A stretch of 64,000 nucleotides of DNA from Schizochytrium sp. TIO01 (GCA_004764695.1 SMSO01000032.1:8712483-8776482), one strand, 5' to 3'. Shown: positions 23,371 to 35,693, counted from the stretch's first letter. A program made the numbers and translations. Notes: generated by a model from the sequence alone, not told the origin.

Positions 23371-24882
23371 TCAAAGAGGACCTCCTGATAAGTTGGGCGT
23401 GGATGGCGCAGCTGCCGTAGAGGCAGTGTAAAATTTTTTCAGCCATCGACTGGTTCCATCTAGACCCGGGAACAAGAGGCGCTCAGTAATAGCAAAATTG
23501 TTGAGACGTTGACGTACCTCCTGTTTAAGATGCTTTGAGATGACAATCTTGCGATGGGTACACTCTGATTGATGCTGCTCAAGCCACTGGTCGGTAGTTT
23601 TGGTGCTGTCAGATAGAAAAGCAAACACATGGTTTTGGTTAATTACACGTTGATGCAGTGCGGGGGCCTCCATGAACACCAATGAGTCCCCAAGAACCTC
23701 AAGACGGTCAAGTGTTTTCATAGATGATCCAATGTTGTCACCCTCGAAGCCAGGCACATCCGAGTCCTTGCCCTGTAGCTTGTAAGCAAAGGCAAGCAAG
23801 CTATGAACCTGATCGATACGGGCTACCGACCAGTATGAATCATGAGCACTTTTCTTCCACTCAGTATACAATTCCTTGTACGTCTTACTCGCCGCCAGAC
23901 ACTTTCTTGGTTGCACACACCAGACTACACCATCCTCGTCGTCATATATTGGATCGCTTGTAGCGAAATGCAAGGCAACTAAAGGCGAATATGAAAAGTC
24001 AAGCATGCGAGTTGGGCATCCGTGATGCTGAGCAAGTGTCAGCCACTCAAAAAGAGGCGACCCAGGAGGCAGGGCGCCATGAGAATAGTTTCGAAAACTA
24101 CGAATGATTGCCTTCTCCATGTCACGTTCTGCTAAAGAACCGATTCCGTGTCCGAGACGCTGCAAAGACGTCATCAAGCGAAAGGCGCGGTTGGGCAGGC
24201 CTCGAAAAACAAACGGTGATTGGAATGAGCCTCGCCACGAATCCCAGGAATTTAAGTCAAGGGAGCGCAGGAGCTCCGGCCAAGTTCGTGCAATCACAGT
24301 CTCTCCCATAGGGGGGTTTACCATCAGTGGCGTCGAACGAGGTAAGTTCATTTCGTAATGCAGACGATCTACTTCGTAGGCTAGCTCTTTAATGAGTCGT
24401 CGACGCTCTTCATCTTCCCGAAAGTTGTGGTCCACTTCGCTAGTGGCCTTTCGAACAACTTCTAGGGCCTGCAAAAGCTCTGCATTTCGACCTTCTTGTG
24501 CGTCTTGCGAAAGTACAGAGATATTTCCTTGCAAAGGGGAGAGTCCCATGTCATCTACGCTAGGATTGCGGTTATGAATCATTAGAGCTGGAACTCTTTT
24601 TCTAAAATCATCAAAGCTAGATTTTCGACTCCCTGCAGACATAGGCCGTTCTTGAGATGCATCTAAGCTCCCACTCGTTGCCTCAGAAACCACTGACATC
24701 CTGCGCGAAGATGGGGCTTCTAAGACCTCATCACCTTCACCATTCTCAAGCTTGCGAGCCTTGCCACTCTTGAGAATTTCACCTGGGCTGAGCATACGAG
24801 GAGAACATAACGTATCTGGGCCTCCGCTTGAGGCCCGCGGTGCGTCCTGATCATCGCCTGCTTCTACTCGAGCCCGCTTCAT
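23371..24882 (-). CDS. FRG-domain protein with a long disordered N-terminal extension
   Basis: FVFRG...LMTSLQRL; WLTLAQHHGCPTRMLDFSYSPLVALHFA; RVINQ; ITERLLFPGLDG. Confidence 0.9.
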   Translation of the reverse strand: MKRARVEAGDDQDAPRASSGGPDTLCSPRMLSPGEILKSGKARKLENGEGDEVLEAPSSRRMSVVSEATSGSLDASQERPMSAGSRKSSFDDFRKRVPALMIHNRNPSVDDMGLSPLQGNISVLSQDAQEGRNAELLQALEVVRKATSEVDHNFREDEERRRLIKELAYEVDRLHYEMNLPRSTPLMVNPPMGETVIARTWPELLRSLDLNSWDSWRGSFQSPFVFRGLPNRAFRLMTSLQRLGHGIGSLAERDMEKAIIRSFRNYSHGALPPGSPLFEWLTLAQHHGCPTRMLDFSYSPLVALHFATSDPIYDDEDGVVWCVQPRKCLAASKTYKELYTEWKKSAHDSYWSVARIDQVHSLLAFAYKLQGKDSDVPGFEGDNIGSSMKTLDRLEVLGDSLVFMEAPALHQRVINQNHVFAFLSDSTKTTDQWLEQHQSECTHRKIVISKHLKQEVRQRLNNFAITERLLFPGLDGTSRWLKKFYTASTAAAPSTPNLSGGPL

Positions 24883-27640
24883 TCTGCTCGCGCGTCAAAC
24901 CTTTCCACTGATTTCAGGATTTGATTCAATAACTTCAAAAGTCAAAAGGTGCCTATAGTAGTACCTAGGTACTCACCTAATTTTTAATTTTTTTAAGAGA
25001 AAAAAATGATTTTTGGTATTAAAGATTAGTGCGCCTACACCCATCAAGTTCTCATGGTTCGTTTAAGCAGCCAGCCTTGTAGCGACGCGTTCAGATTTGT
25101 AAAGTGAGAAAGCATTTAGCCATGACATGCTGCTGCTCGAAATAGACGAGTACCCCTTATTTACGGTATAACGACGTACTTAGTTTTTGTCGCTTGCTCG
25201 AGCCGCGCCTTATCTTTTGATTTAAGAAAAAAGGAATACAACGAGTTAAGATATCCAAGCGAATGTACATTTTCAGTGAGGAATCGCACATTTTTGCGCA
25301 GACAAAGAAGCATTGTGCGAGGCTCAAGCTTGCCCTAGCAAGTAAGTTTTGAGACGTTCCATAGATGTCAGATGAGGCTTTCTGCTTGACAATATTTTCC
25401 ATCCCAAGGTCAAAATGATTAAAGTGTAGCTAGCAGATGATACACAAAAGTGGTTGATCACCTAAAGACAAACTGTAACAAACTTCATAATCTAGAAGAT
25501 GATCAAAATAGTTTATTTTTGCACACATCACATTACCTTCTTTAAACTATAATGAAAGCAAGTACCTTAGCTAAACCAAATGTAATCATTTCTATAGTTG
25601 GGCCTAGGCCAATAAACTGATAACCGAGAAGATAAACTTAAAATGCTAGAATGCTCAAGTATGGCTCTTAAAATGCTCTGGATATTTATTTATCGTGAGC
25701 CACCAATGAGATAGTTTTATATTTTACTCTCTTGCGAATAGCCTGTACATCAGTTGCTATTCGGACACAAATTTAAAAAGGTAAAAATGATGTACCTTCA
25801 GCCACGAGCTCAAATTTGGGCTGTCCTATGCTATGAAATGCCGGGCAACACATTAGTAAAATTTCCCAATTTCCAGTTCATTAACTAACAACCTGGAAAC
25901 ACCAACATTCCCGCCTTTACTTCGGCTTTCGATGGCCTGTAACATTCTCTAATTTTCACCAAGCTCTAAGTAGGGATACCAGCAGTCGGTTAAATAAATT
26001 AATTTTCGAGATGAAGCGTAAAATATGTAGAATGTGAATCTACAAACGGGAGATAGTTTGAGTGAGTGGTTCGTTAGCAGGCTTTGTAGGCATCAATCCA
26101 ATAGTAAATAACAGAATAATACTAGCGGTACCGACACACTTTCTTAGACAATTCGACTAGACCTAGTCCACTCTACCTATGCTATTGAATTCTTGGCTGC
26201 TGGAGGAATATAATGGTTAGTTAATACGCGAGGCCAGCAACTCAATATTCTCTCATATAGGTCACTTTCTCCCAGAAGGTTCGTTTCATCGGGAGAAATT
26301 TTGGAAGTTTGGATACATGATTTTATCCTTCTTCTTTGTTTGTGAGTAGCTAGCTACCTGACTTCTACATTTGGATCACATCCCTCCAAATCAACTTTAA
26401 GATCGACTCATTGGCTGAGATCAAAGGTAATTCATTTTATCTTTGCATATGAGTGAGGCTCGAGCTCTTTGGCCAGTGCGTCCCAAATTTGAAAACACCG
26501 GTGCCCAACTTTCAGAACATAAGGAAACAACCAAGCATATGCAGCTCGTTACAAAATAGAAGACTTATAGCGTCAAGTTTGAAGTTATGAACAAGCTTTT
26601 ACTCACTCCATTGTTGTGGGGTTCATTTATAGTGTTTGGAGCTAAATCTAAGAATAAAAAATCTTAAATTAGTCATCATTCGAGTCGTTCGTTTTAGCAA
26701 ATGGGTTTCTCTCCATTTAGACAGTTTTTAATGGACCTTGAATGCTATGACACGTATCCTCGACTGAGTCGAGCGACTGTGTCGAGCGACTGTCAGGAGA
26801 AAACCTATATAGTTATACTAGGTATTAACGAGTGGTGATCAGTCACACCTTTCTATAGCGCTCAACAGCGACAATTAATCAGCTCAATGTCCAGAAGGAG
26901 TTCCGTACGCGAAGGGCAAAATGTCCTGGTTGTTTTACACTCGTCACAAAGTGAACTCCTGGACGGCTCTGCATAATTACACAAACACCTGCTCATGTTC
27001 ATTTTATTTTAATCAAATAGAAGTCAAACCAAGACCCATTTCCCTCTTCCTCCCTAACACGTTCTTTCTGCATTCTTTCTCGGCTTCCTCCCAAGCCAAT
27101 CACCTTTGCCCTTCTCTAGCATCTGCTCCAGTGGTCTAGTCGATACAAGAACATATGGGCACGACAATTGAGACGCTTCTCTTCTCTTCTTAAAGAAAAG
27201 CTCGTCTATGCGACCCAAAGATCTCTGATAGACCACTTATCTCTCTTGATCTAGTGAAAGACCGCTCCATAATGATTGCAACGTCCATATCAACGTGTTC
27301 ATATGCGGCTTCTACCTATAAAGATGTATATACTGTTATGTGCCTCTTTTCTTTCTCGTATTAAATATCATATAACTACTGATACCTAACTAACTAATAG
27401 CTACTGTCATTTAGCAATGCTACTAAGCGGGAGAAGAGCATTCGATACACAGTATCAACAGCTAAGCTGCTCGCACAGAGCCCGTTCGTGGCGTTGGCGG
27501 GTGGATCAAAGCGAATCGGCTTGCCGGTTAGCTCCTGGCTGGCGCGAGAGGGTCGAGAGTTTCAGAGGCCGTGTAGGTAGGTTTTTCAGGCACGCTGCTG
27601 TTTGAAGGTGCACCCCGCGGCAGGAGTTTTCGGGTTCACC

Positions 27641-29983
27641 ATGGAGCCCACAAAGCTCACCGCGGCGTGGCCGAATAAGGGCGCTGGGAAATACGCGAGG
27701 AGCACTGGCAACCCTAATAATTTCAATAACAACGGTAAGAGCAACAACATGTCTCTTATCAGCAGCCAAAGCGGTGGAAGCTCTGGTAACAACAACAATG
27801 GCACTACCAATGGAAATGCTGGCTCTGGAAACAACGGCAACCCTGGCCATTACAGTGCAGGCGTAGCCAACAATACCAATGGTGGTAGCGCTAAATCAAG
27901 GCTCTTTTATGAGCAGAGGAAATCACGATCTCACTCGGGTGGAGCCAAAGTTTCGAAAAAGCAGGCCAAAGCCAATGCCCTTGCGAATCCTGAGCCAATT
28001 GAGCCGGATCTGGCACAAGAGTTGGAGCAAATGGTTCGTAGTGGAGCAACGATCGTAGATCTTAGCGATCGAGGACTCGGAGCTGAGCATGTTCGAGTCA
28101 TCGCAGAAGCTTTGAAGGGCAATAAATCCGTGACGAAGTTGATTTTACGTAAAAATCCTATTGGAGACATGGGGTGCGAGATGCTTGCGGACGCACTTCG
28201 GTTCAATATGGGCCTTAAAGAAATTGACCTGAGCTACACAGACTCAAGTGGAAATGGAGTTCGTGCGCTTTGCAAGAAACTGAAGGAGAGCAAATGGCTC
28301 AAGGCGAGAGTACGCAAACTCAATGTAGTGGGTAATCGACACGGGTCAAGAGGACCTACTGCGATTTATAGGACGCTATCATTTGCCTCATCGCTCAGAG
28401 AACTCACTCTTGACCGTATGAACCACGAGGGCGCTGAGAGACTTTCTTCGGCTTTATCTTCAAACCAAACGCCGCTTGTACGTCTCACGCTTCTTCACTG
28501 CGAGGTTGATGATGAATTTGCAACATCTATTGCCAAAATTCTTTCCACACACGAGAGTCTTCGCGCTCTCACAATAGGTACAATCTCGTCCACATCAGCT
28601 CTAGCATGCATGGTTGAACCGCTTACCACGCCTGGAGCAACAAAGTTGGAGGAACTTGTGCTGGTCAATTTAATCGTCACTGCCCCGGTTCTCCTTCTAA
28701 TTGCAAAGGTTCTTGCAGTTGATCGCCAGCTGACCAAATTGTGCCTTGAAGATGCAGTTTGTGAAGTTTCTGTTCATTCGGAAGCCCGTACTACCTTTCT
28801 GCGGAGCCTGGACTCGCACCCGGCTATCAAAAATGTTCCAGGTCTTTCTTTTGCCAGTGCCTCAGTTTCAAGTGGAGATGTAAACCTGGACTCGACTATT
28901 ACACCTCAGATGGAATTTGCTTCTGATGAACCCCCTTCTACCTTTTTTGAAGATAGTTCAGACATGTCCAATGCATCCATATTGAGTCAAGCCCAACTGC
29001 GTGCCCCCCCAACCAAATCTGTGGCGCTTGAGGCAGCTTCACGCATGGCTAAAATGAGTGCCACCCCAGCTTCCCAACAGGTGCCGCAACAGTTTTCTCC
29101 CCAAGCTGACATATCTCAAAGGCGCAGTGTTGAGGTCTCTAACAGTATGCCTATATCTTGGAACTTTTCGCCTCCTGGCCATTCTGCTAACCTGAGTCAG
29201 CCTCTTGCAGAAATTTACGAGCCTCAAATTGGAAAGCCACAAGTTCAACAACCTTATAAGGTAGTACAGTCAAAGGATATTTCCCTTCGAGCAACCGCTC
29301 CGGTTTACCAGCATGTCTCTCCCGCAAATATTACCCATCGTCAAGAGAGAGCACAACAACAATTTCTGTATCAGCAAGAGCCTGTTGGACAACAACCAGC
29401 ATCACACCGCTACCAGCATCGCTATCGTCAACATCAAGACTCACCGCATAGTGGAGCTCCCCACTCGCTTCCTGCCAATATGAGCGATCAACACTTCCTA
29501 TCTCGAAGGAGTAGTGACGGTGCTCTCATGAATACGAATTTTGGACCTGACCTTGATCCAAAAATGACGGCTCAAGCCGTTCACCCAGCTACGGTTCGAG
29601 CTACTACGAACCTGCCTCCACCTGGATTTAACTACACCGCTGCTGGCGCTGGTGCTGTATCGTTCTCTCAGCAACAGCAGCAGCATCTCTTCCATCAGCA
29701 ACAGCGTGCTGAACAACCGCTGCAGGCACTGCAACAACATCAACAGTCGCAGATGCAAGTGCGAATGCCGCAACAACAACAACAACAACAACAGCTCCTA
29801 ATGCAACAACAAAACAACCAAAAGGAGCAAGGTCCCACAACTAGCTCGGAGCGTTGTGGGCTTATCCCATCTGGATTCGATCCGAGTCTCTGGGGAAACA
29901 TTGATCCCCATCTTCAAGAAGAAATCATGTCCGGATTTGGCAATCTCTGGTCTTCGAATAACCGTGGTCATGGCCATCTCTAG
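27641..29983 (+). CDS. RNI-like leucine-rich repeat protein with Asn/Gly-rich N-terminus and Gln-rich C-terminus
   Basis: IAEALKGNKSVTKLILRKNPIGDMGCEMLADALRFNMGLKEIDL repeats; first ATG at 27641. Confidence 0.85.
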   Translation: MEPTKLTAAWPNKGAGKYARSTGNPNNFNNNGKSNNMSLISSQSGGSSGNNNNGTTNGNAGSGNNGNPGHYSAGVANNTNGGSAKSRLFYEQRKSRSHSGGAKVSKKQAKANALANPEPIEPDLAQELEQMVRSGATIVDLSDRGLGAEHVRVIAEALKGNKSVTKLILRKNPIGDMGCEMLADALRFNMGLKEIDLSYTDSSGNGVRALCKKLKESKWLKARVRKLNVVGNRHGSRGPTAIYRTLSFASSLRELTLDRMNHEGAERLSSALSSNQTPLVRLTLLHCEVDDEFATSIAKILSTHESLRALTIGTISSTSALACMVEPLTTPGATKLEELVLVNLIVTAPVLLLIAKVLAVDRQLTKLCLEDAVCEVSVHSEARTTFLRSLDSHPAIKNVPGLSFASASVSSGDVNLDSTITPQMEFASDEPPSTFFEDSSDMSNASILSQAQLRAPPTKSVALEAASRMAKMSATPASQQVPQQFSPQADISQRRSVEVSNSMPISWNFSPPGHSANLSQPLAEIYEPQIGKPQVQQPYKVVQSKDISLRATAPVYQHVSPANITHRQERAQQQFLYQQEPVGQQPASHRYQHRYRQHQDSPHSGAPHSLPANMSDQHFLSRRSSDGALMNTNFGPDLDPKMTAQAVHPATVRATTNLPPPGFNYTAAGAGAVSFSQQQQQHLFHQQQRAEQPLQALQQHQQSQMQVRMPQQQQQQQQLLMQQQNNQKEQGPTTSSERCGLIPSGFDPSLWGNIDPHLQEEIMSGFGNLWSSNNRGHGHL

Positions 29984-30784
29984 CAACATAAATGAAGATC
30001 CAACCCTATAAAAGCTTCGAAATGTCCCATTTTTTCTGGGTCGCATACCTATCTATAAAGTAAAACATTTTACGAACTTTCAGGCCATAATAAAGTGGTT
30101 TATTTTCATCTCTACCTTCTACCTAGGCGTGCCACTATGTACAGGTGGTATGTATTATAAACAAGCTTGTTCAGAAGAAGAGCTTTATTTGATTTGACAA
30201 AATTGAAAAGAATAAGAACCGAGGGTGGTAGTGAAATAGGCGGACAAGTTACTACTCTGATTGGAAGATTGCAACGCGTAAATATGATGAACTAGCAAGG
30301 CGTATCCATTTTTACGTTCGCACATGCTCAAACGAAATAGAAGGAGGTTTCGCACTTTCACCTCTTCGATACTCAAGTACAAATGGCATGTCCTTCAAAT
30401 CAAGAATAAAAAGCAGGGGTGTCATTGAGATGTTGTGAATTCATTTTCATTTTTTACTTTAAAAGGAGGGGAGGGGTATTCGCATGGACAACATTTCCCA
30501 GAACAGGATTGTAAGCACGCAATGGCAGCAGCTTATTTACTTCGACTTGAAGGATAAGATAATTCGAAAAAGCAGGGCGAAACAGTGGCATCGCACTACC
30601 TATTTTGGATTTTTGTAGATCAAGTCAGCACGGACATCTTCAAGATAGAAAATTATAGCTCAAAGTTTGTGCTGCGATTATGTTTTGGTGATGTTCAAAA
30701 TTCGCCCTTGACTTAATATCAGAGTAATTAAGGAACGATTAGTGAGGATAAAATCAACAATGAAGAGAAGGGAGCGGAGCAGGA

Positions 30785-32521
30785 TTAAGAGCGCTTGTGT
30801 GGCGCACGCTTATGGCGGAAAAAGAAGGCAAGACCAATGACAATGCCTCCTGCCACAAAAAATATTTTTCCATCAGCATGGTTCTCCGTCCCAAATAGAC
30901 TTACGGGGGGAGACCCTTCCCAAGACCCCTCGCGGTTCTCTGCATTCTCGGAAGGAGTAGAATCCTCACTGTCTCTAGATACTTCAGAAGTATCAACAGC
31001 AGAGTCGTCCAATTTAATTGGTTCTGCGTCCTCAATCGAAATGGCAGTAGATGGGGATCCATCTTCTGTCAAGATTGAAGCAATTATACTTTCTTCAGCT
31101 CCAGGTTTGGCTACCTCAACATAAGAGTCTACGTCGTCATGCCCGTGCATTTCTACACTTGCCGCGGAGTACATTCGAATAGGCTGGACATCTAATGAGG
31201 GAACCTGCCGTTTGACCGGACGACCGTTCTTGTATTCTTCGAGGATCTCATCAAGCCGCGACATTTCTTTTGCCAGAGCATCGAGGCCGTACAACGTTTC
31301 GAGGCCAATTGGCTTGATTTCACGGCACGAAGAAACAAACTTGCCACGGATCTCAATCACGTAAGTGAACATGATCTTGGCTTCTTGAAAGGCCCAGCTG
31401 CTTGAGATTCCAGTACCTGATGCAGATGACTGCGGGCGAGCTCGCCAAGCATAGCGCCCGGTAGCAGGAGTCTGCGTATTGATAGCATCAATCATAACTT
31501 GGCCAGTGTCATGCACATACTCAGGTGCCCTTTGGTCCCGGGAAAATGGCTCAAGTAGGGCACCAATGCAGCAGTGCACATCGTAGAAGCTGACAATTGT
31601 TTCTTTGTTTTCCAAGAAGTACTTGTTAATTGTTGCTGTTTCTGGCTCAGAGAAGCCATGTTTACCCTGGAAAACATCAGACTCTGTAATGTTAAGGGAC
31701 TTGTTCATGCGGTCTGTGCCCCAAATCTTGTTGGAAGAGCCAAAGTTGCGATTCAAGTCTACACCATATGTTCCATCGCGGTTGCGAGCCCTGTTCTTAC
31801 GCCAGAGACGCGCCTCAGTATACCAGCCCTTGACGCCTTCCTTCGTCCACATGCGCTTAATATTCTTCTTTCCACTCCAGGTGTAAATGTAGCCATCAGG
31901 GTTCACGACAGGGATTAGAAGTACGGAAACATCAAGCACATTGATATGCGCAGCCGAAAACAGCACTGACGTGGTTGTTGTCCACTCTCGAGCATGCACA
32001 GTGCCGGTTACAAGAATGGACCGCTCCGGCTTGCCATTTGCCGCAGCAGCCTCAAGTGCTTCAGGATTGCGAATCTCCACAGCATATATAGGCCTATCCT
32101 CAGTACTACGGCCGATCTCCCTAACAATGCACGATGAGCCTTGCGCACCAACCTGCTGACGCATTCTACACAGTCTGTTGAGTAAAAAGTCTTCGATCTC
32201 CTCAAAGGTGCGAAACCGAGAGAAAAAATCCGAGTTATCTGGGTCCTCACAGCCCACAGGTGTCTTCAGGGTTGCCATGTTGCGAAGATCGAATTCCTTG
32301 ATACCATACGCACGAGCTAGTTGGTGCTCTTCTGGACCCCATCGTGGATTTGAAGCTGCATCCACTACTGGCAAGACCCCAGCGCCGAAAATTAAAACTA
32401 ACATGGCAACAGCCATGAGCGGCATCAATCCAGTTCTCAATCCACCCACATCATGTCCACCTCGACTCTGACGTGCACGCGTCTGTGCTGGAGAGGTTTC
32501 TGATCTCCCTGATCTCAGCAT
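30785..32521 (-). CDS. M14 zinc carboxypeptidase, membrane-anchored
   Basis: IGRSTEDRPI, HAREW, NPDGY, WRKNR, GVDLNRNF, FSEPET, DVH, EIRG. N-terminal hydrophobic signal and C-terminal TM segment. First ATG at 32521. Confidence 0.92.
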   Translation of the reverse strand: MLRSGRSETSPAQTRARQSRGGHDVGGLRTGLMPLMAVAMLVLIFGAGVLPVVDAASNPRWGPEEHQLARAYGIKEFDLRNMATLKTPVGCEDPDNSDFFSRFRTFEEIEDFLLNRLCRMRQQVGAQGSSCIVREIGRSTEDRPIYAVEIRNPEALEAAAANGKPERSILVTGTVHAREWTTTTSVLFSAAHINVLDVSVLLIPVVNPDGYIYTWSGKKNIKRMWTKEGVKGWYTEARLWRKNRARNRDGTYGVDLNRNFGSSNKIWGTDRMNKSLNITESDVFQGKHGFSEPETATINKYFLENKETIVSFYDVHCCIGALLEPFSRDQRAPEYVHDTGQVMIDAINTQTPATGRYAWRARPQSSASGTGISSSWAFQEAKIMFTYVIEIRGKFVSSCREIKPIGLETLYGLDALAKEMSRLDEILEEYKNGRPVKRQVPSLDVQPIRMYSAASVEMHGHDDVDSYVEVAKPGAEESIIASILTEDGSPSTAISIEDAEPIKLDDSAVDTSEVSRDSEDSTPSENAENREGSWEGSPPVSLFGTENHADGKIFFVAGGIVIGLAFFFRHKRAPHKRS

Positions 32522-33460
32522 TATCACAACGTCTCGACTTCACAGAAAACTATACGCACCCAACTTGATGAGTAGATGGAATAGCTATTCGTATCCACTA
32601 CAGTCGGCTCCGAAGCTGTTGGTTACAAATCAAATCTCTCGAAATAAAGCAGATTATGTTGAACTGCCTCCCAGAATCTCGAAGCAAAGGGGGGTGAAGT
32701 ATGCGGGGGTGACGACAAATACTTCTGATATGATATGGTTTGGTATGGGAAACGAGTCCGGACGAAGCGTCCAGTTGGACCCAGTTAGTCCAATCTGCCC
32801 AAATGAAAGTCTTCGCGGCACGCAAGCAAGAGTCAGCAAGCGCGGGACACCCTCTGGACCACTCAGGCCAGCTCCTGCGGCCAAGGTGTCCTGCCAGCGC
32901 GGGATCTGGGCCGGAGGAGGCGGCCAAGGCTCCACGGGCCTGAAGAGGTATTGGGCTCGTGACGATGATGAGCGGCTACATTGTCAGGCTAAACAATCGA
33001 TCATTTGCTCCGAATTGAGTGATACAAGTTTTATAAGGAGAATTCTTGAGATAATCCAGATTTTATTCACTATATTCCGAGGCCACTTCTCTATTGAAGG
33101 GGCATTAAAGATAGCTACTATAGAACATCAAACCCTTTGAGCTCTGCTCGTGTCTTCGCTTGCCGTGTATGTCCTAATACTTATGCGAAAGACAAGTCCA
33201 AAGCCTGTCCCAAAAATATCGTGACATGTTGCACAGGCCGTTGCCACGGGGCCCCACGGATACACGTGTGTACCCAGAGTGTGCAAAACGAGGACATGCC
33301 GGGGACCCTGTATCAGCCTAACGACCGTGCTTGATACTTGTCGAGGTGGTTGGGTAGGAATACTGAAAAGATGGTCAAGGAGCCTACATCCTGCAAAAAG
33401 CACCAACAAAGCAGGATTCGAGAGGCGACAACCACGGCGACATAATCACCAAGTCAAGAG

Positions 33461-35077
33461 ATGGGCCGCAGGCGAGTAGTTGTATTTGGTGCACCGCCTT
33501 CTCTGGAAGATCGGGAGGAAACATGTCGCGGCGATGGCAGGATGTTCAAGTTGCGGAGACCAGGACTAGGTACGTGGGCAAAGGGCCAAGTCTAAAGGCT
33601 ACACGTTTTATGTTTTTTTTTTTAAGGAAAAACCTGGTTAGGTAGGACCTTGACAGGATTGATCGCTTTGGGGAGATAATTTGAGAAAACCTGCATTCCT
33701 AGAAAGACTATCCCATAGCTATGAATCCACAAAACGGAGACGCTGTCTCAGTGAACTTGAGTTGATCATTAGGCAATTTTAATTGTTAGCCTTGATATTT
33801 GAAAGAAGCATATGGCGATAACTAACTGTTTCGAGTTAATCATGCTTACGCCCACGGACCTTATTCCTGTCTTCAATTATTAATTGACACGTATCTTTGT
33901 TTCGGGATGGCGGGGAGACCAATCCGATTGTTTGTGCAGCAACTGAGACGATGGCAGTAATCCGACGCGGGAAAACTCTCTATGAGGTGCAGGAAGTTGC
34001 TCCAATGCGACCTGCAAGCTGGATGGTAGACCAATCAACAATCAGTGATGGCAGTCTTCTTATCTGTACCCCTTTGGATGTGGCATTTGTCCTGTTACCT
34101 CTATTGCTTCAAGCACCGAAAGAAACCTCGCAAAGTATATCTCAATTACTAGAACACGGTAAACTCCCAGCATACAAGGAGCTGGGTGAGGATCCACTTA
34201 AAAGTCAGGTGAAGATTGCACTGGGCAAAATCTGTGAAGTGCATATCGAGGACACCTCCGGGGAGGAATTGTACAAATTCTGTGAGAAAAAGTGTCGTGT
34301 TTGGTTCAAGGCAAAAGCTGAACGTACACGCGATGCGTTGTGCTGTCGCGAGTTGGCTAAAATGGAACAGACATGTGTCAAAGCGAATATCGTAGATGCC
34401 AAGGGTGCCACAGCAGTAGATGGTTTCCAGTTTGGTACAAAGCGAAACGCAGGCAGTGCACGCGAAGCTCCGGAGGAAGCAGAGAGTGCGTCCACAACAA
34501 TTACCCCGGCCCTAGCCCTATCCTCTAAAAAGCGTGCTTCCTTTCTTCTACAGGCACTAGAAATCCTATCTGACTATGTCCCTCCAAGTTTGCACTCTAC
34601 TCTTCGCTCGTACGTTTACAAAGCCTTGCTTTACGTTATTTAGAAATGCAAGAAATTGTATTCATGCATCTGAATCATCTGAAACGCCTGAGAACCTGAT
34701 TACTAACCTGATGACTGGCCTGATTGAATTATACTGGCACTACGCTAAGTGAATCTCAATCAATTATATGCATCTTGAAATTCAATAGTGATATCGAGCT
34801 TGAAATTAGTACGGATATTGACGAAGTGGAGGCTGAGAAATATTCTCGTATGGATGAAGAAACTGAATCCAAGACAAGCAATCAATCACCCTCCCAAGCG
34901 GATGCAGAGAACCCAACACCTACTAAAAAGAGCAAGTCGGAAGAAGAGTCCAAGACACCTGTGGTTCCTCTAGCAATCCGGCGTTTGGAGAAAGTGGATA
35001 AACGGGGCATGTCTAAACTTTCAACGTTTTTTACAGTTAAGAAGAGCCCTGTTTCGAAATCTACGGAGAAAAAATAG
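33461..35077 (+). CDS. RNASEH2B: Ribonuclease H2 subunit B; exons 33461-33569, 33940-34609, 34789-35077
   Basis: LYEV...SW..D....DG.L...TPLD..F.LLPLL core and C-terminal K.DKRGMSKLSTFF PIP box. Both introns start GTACGT and end CAG/TAG with matching phases (1 and 2), joining the frames. Confidence 0.85.
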
Positions 35078-35693
35078 TGCATTATATGGTGGTTTTTACT
35101 GTCTAGCTTTTTTAAAGATCATGATATGAACTGACACCTGTCAGCAGCTGTACTTCACAATAACAAATAATTTTTTCATTCTTATAAGATAATCTCGTTC
35201 TCGAACGCATCCAAAAACTAAAGATTAAAGTTTAAAGGTCCTTAGGGTTATAACCAGTAATGCTGTCCAGTTGTAATATGTCTGATGCATTTTCACAGAT
35301 ATTTTCCTGTCCAATTATCATTGACTAGCAAAGAATCATTGATTTTAAATCTTTACTTGCAAACAAAATCCAATTTAAAAACAAGTTTTCACGCATTTTC
35401 GAAAGGATGAAGTTTCCGGATCGTACAACGAAGTGGCTCTAAAAGTAAGTGTTCGTAAAATCTTATTGCTTAATTTCTAAAATGCCAGCCGTGATGATAA
35501 TCTCATATGCTGTATAACGAAAATTAATTCCGTATGATACACTTACATCCTGGCACGGGCTAGGATGATGGGTTTTAGAAATGTAGAGATGCTGGCGTCA
35601 ATATTTTCATACTCTAGCGATGTTTGCAACTTCATTGTGATACCGAGACCATAGTATTTGGTTGTCAGGTAGACTCAATAACTTTGCACCGAC

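Noticed and set aside
32565-33140. 191-aa ORF between the carboxypeptidase and RNASEH2B
   Set aside because: Lies in a divergent promoter/UTR region; no motifs and non-protein-like composition
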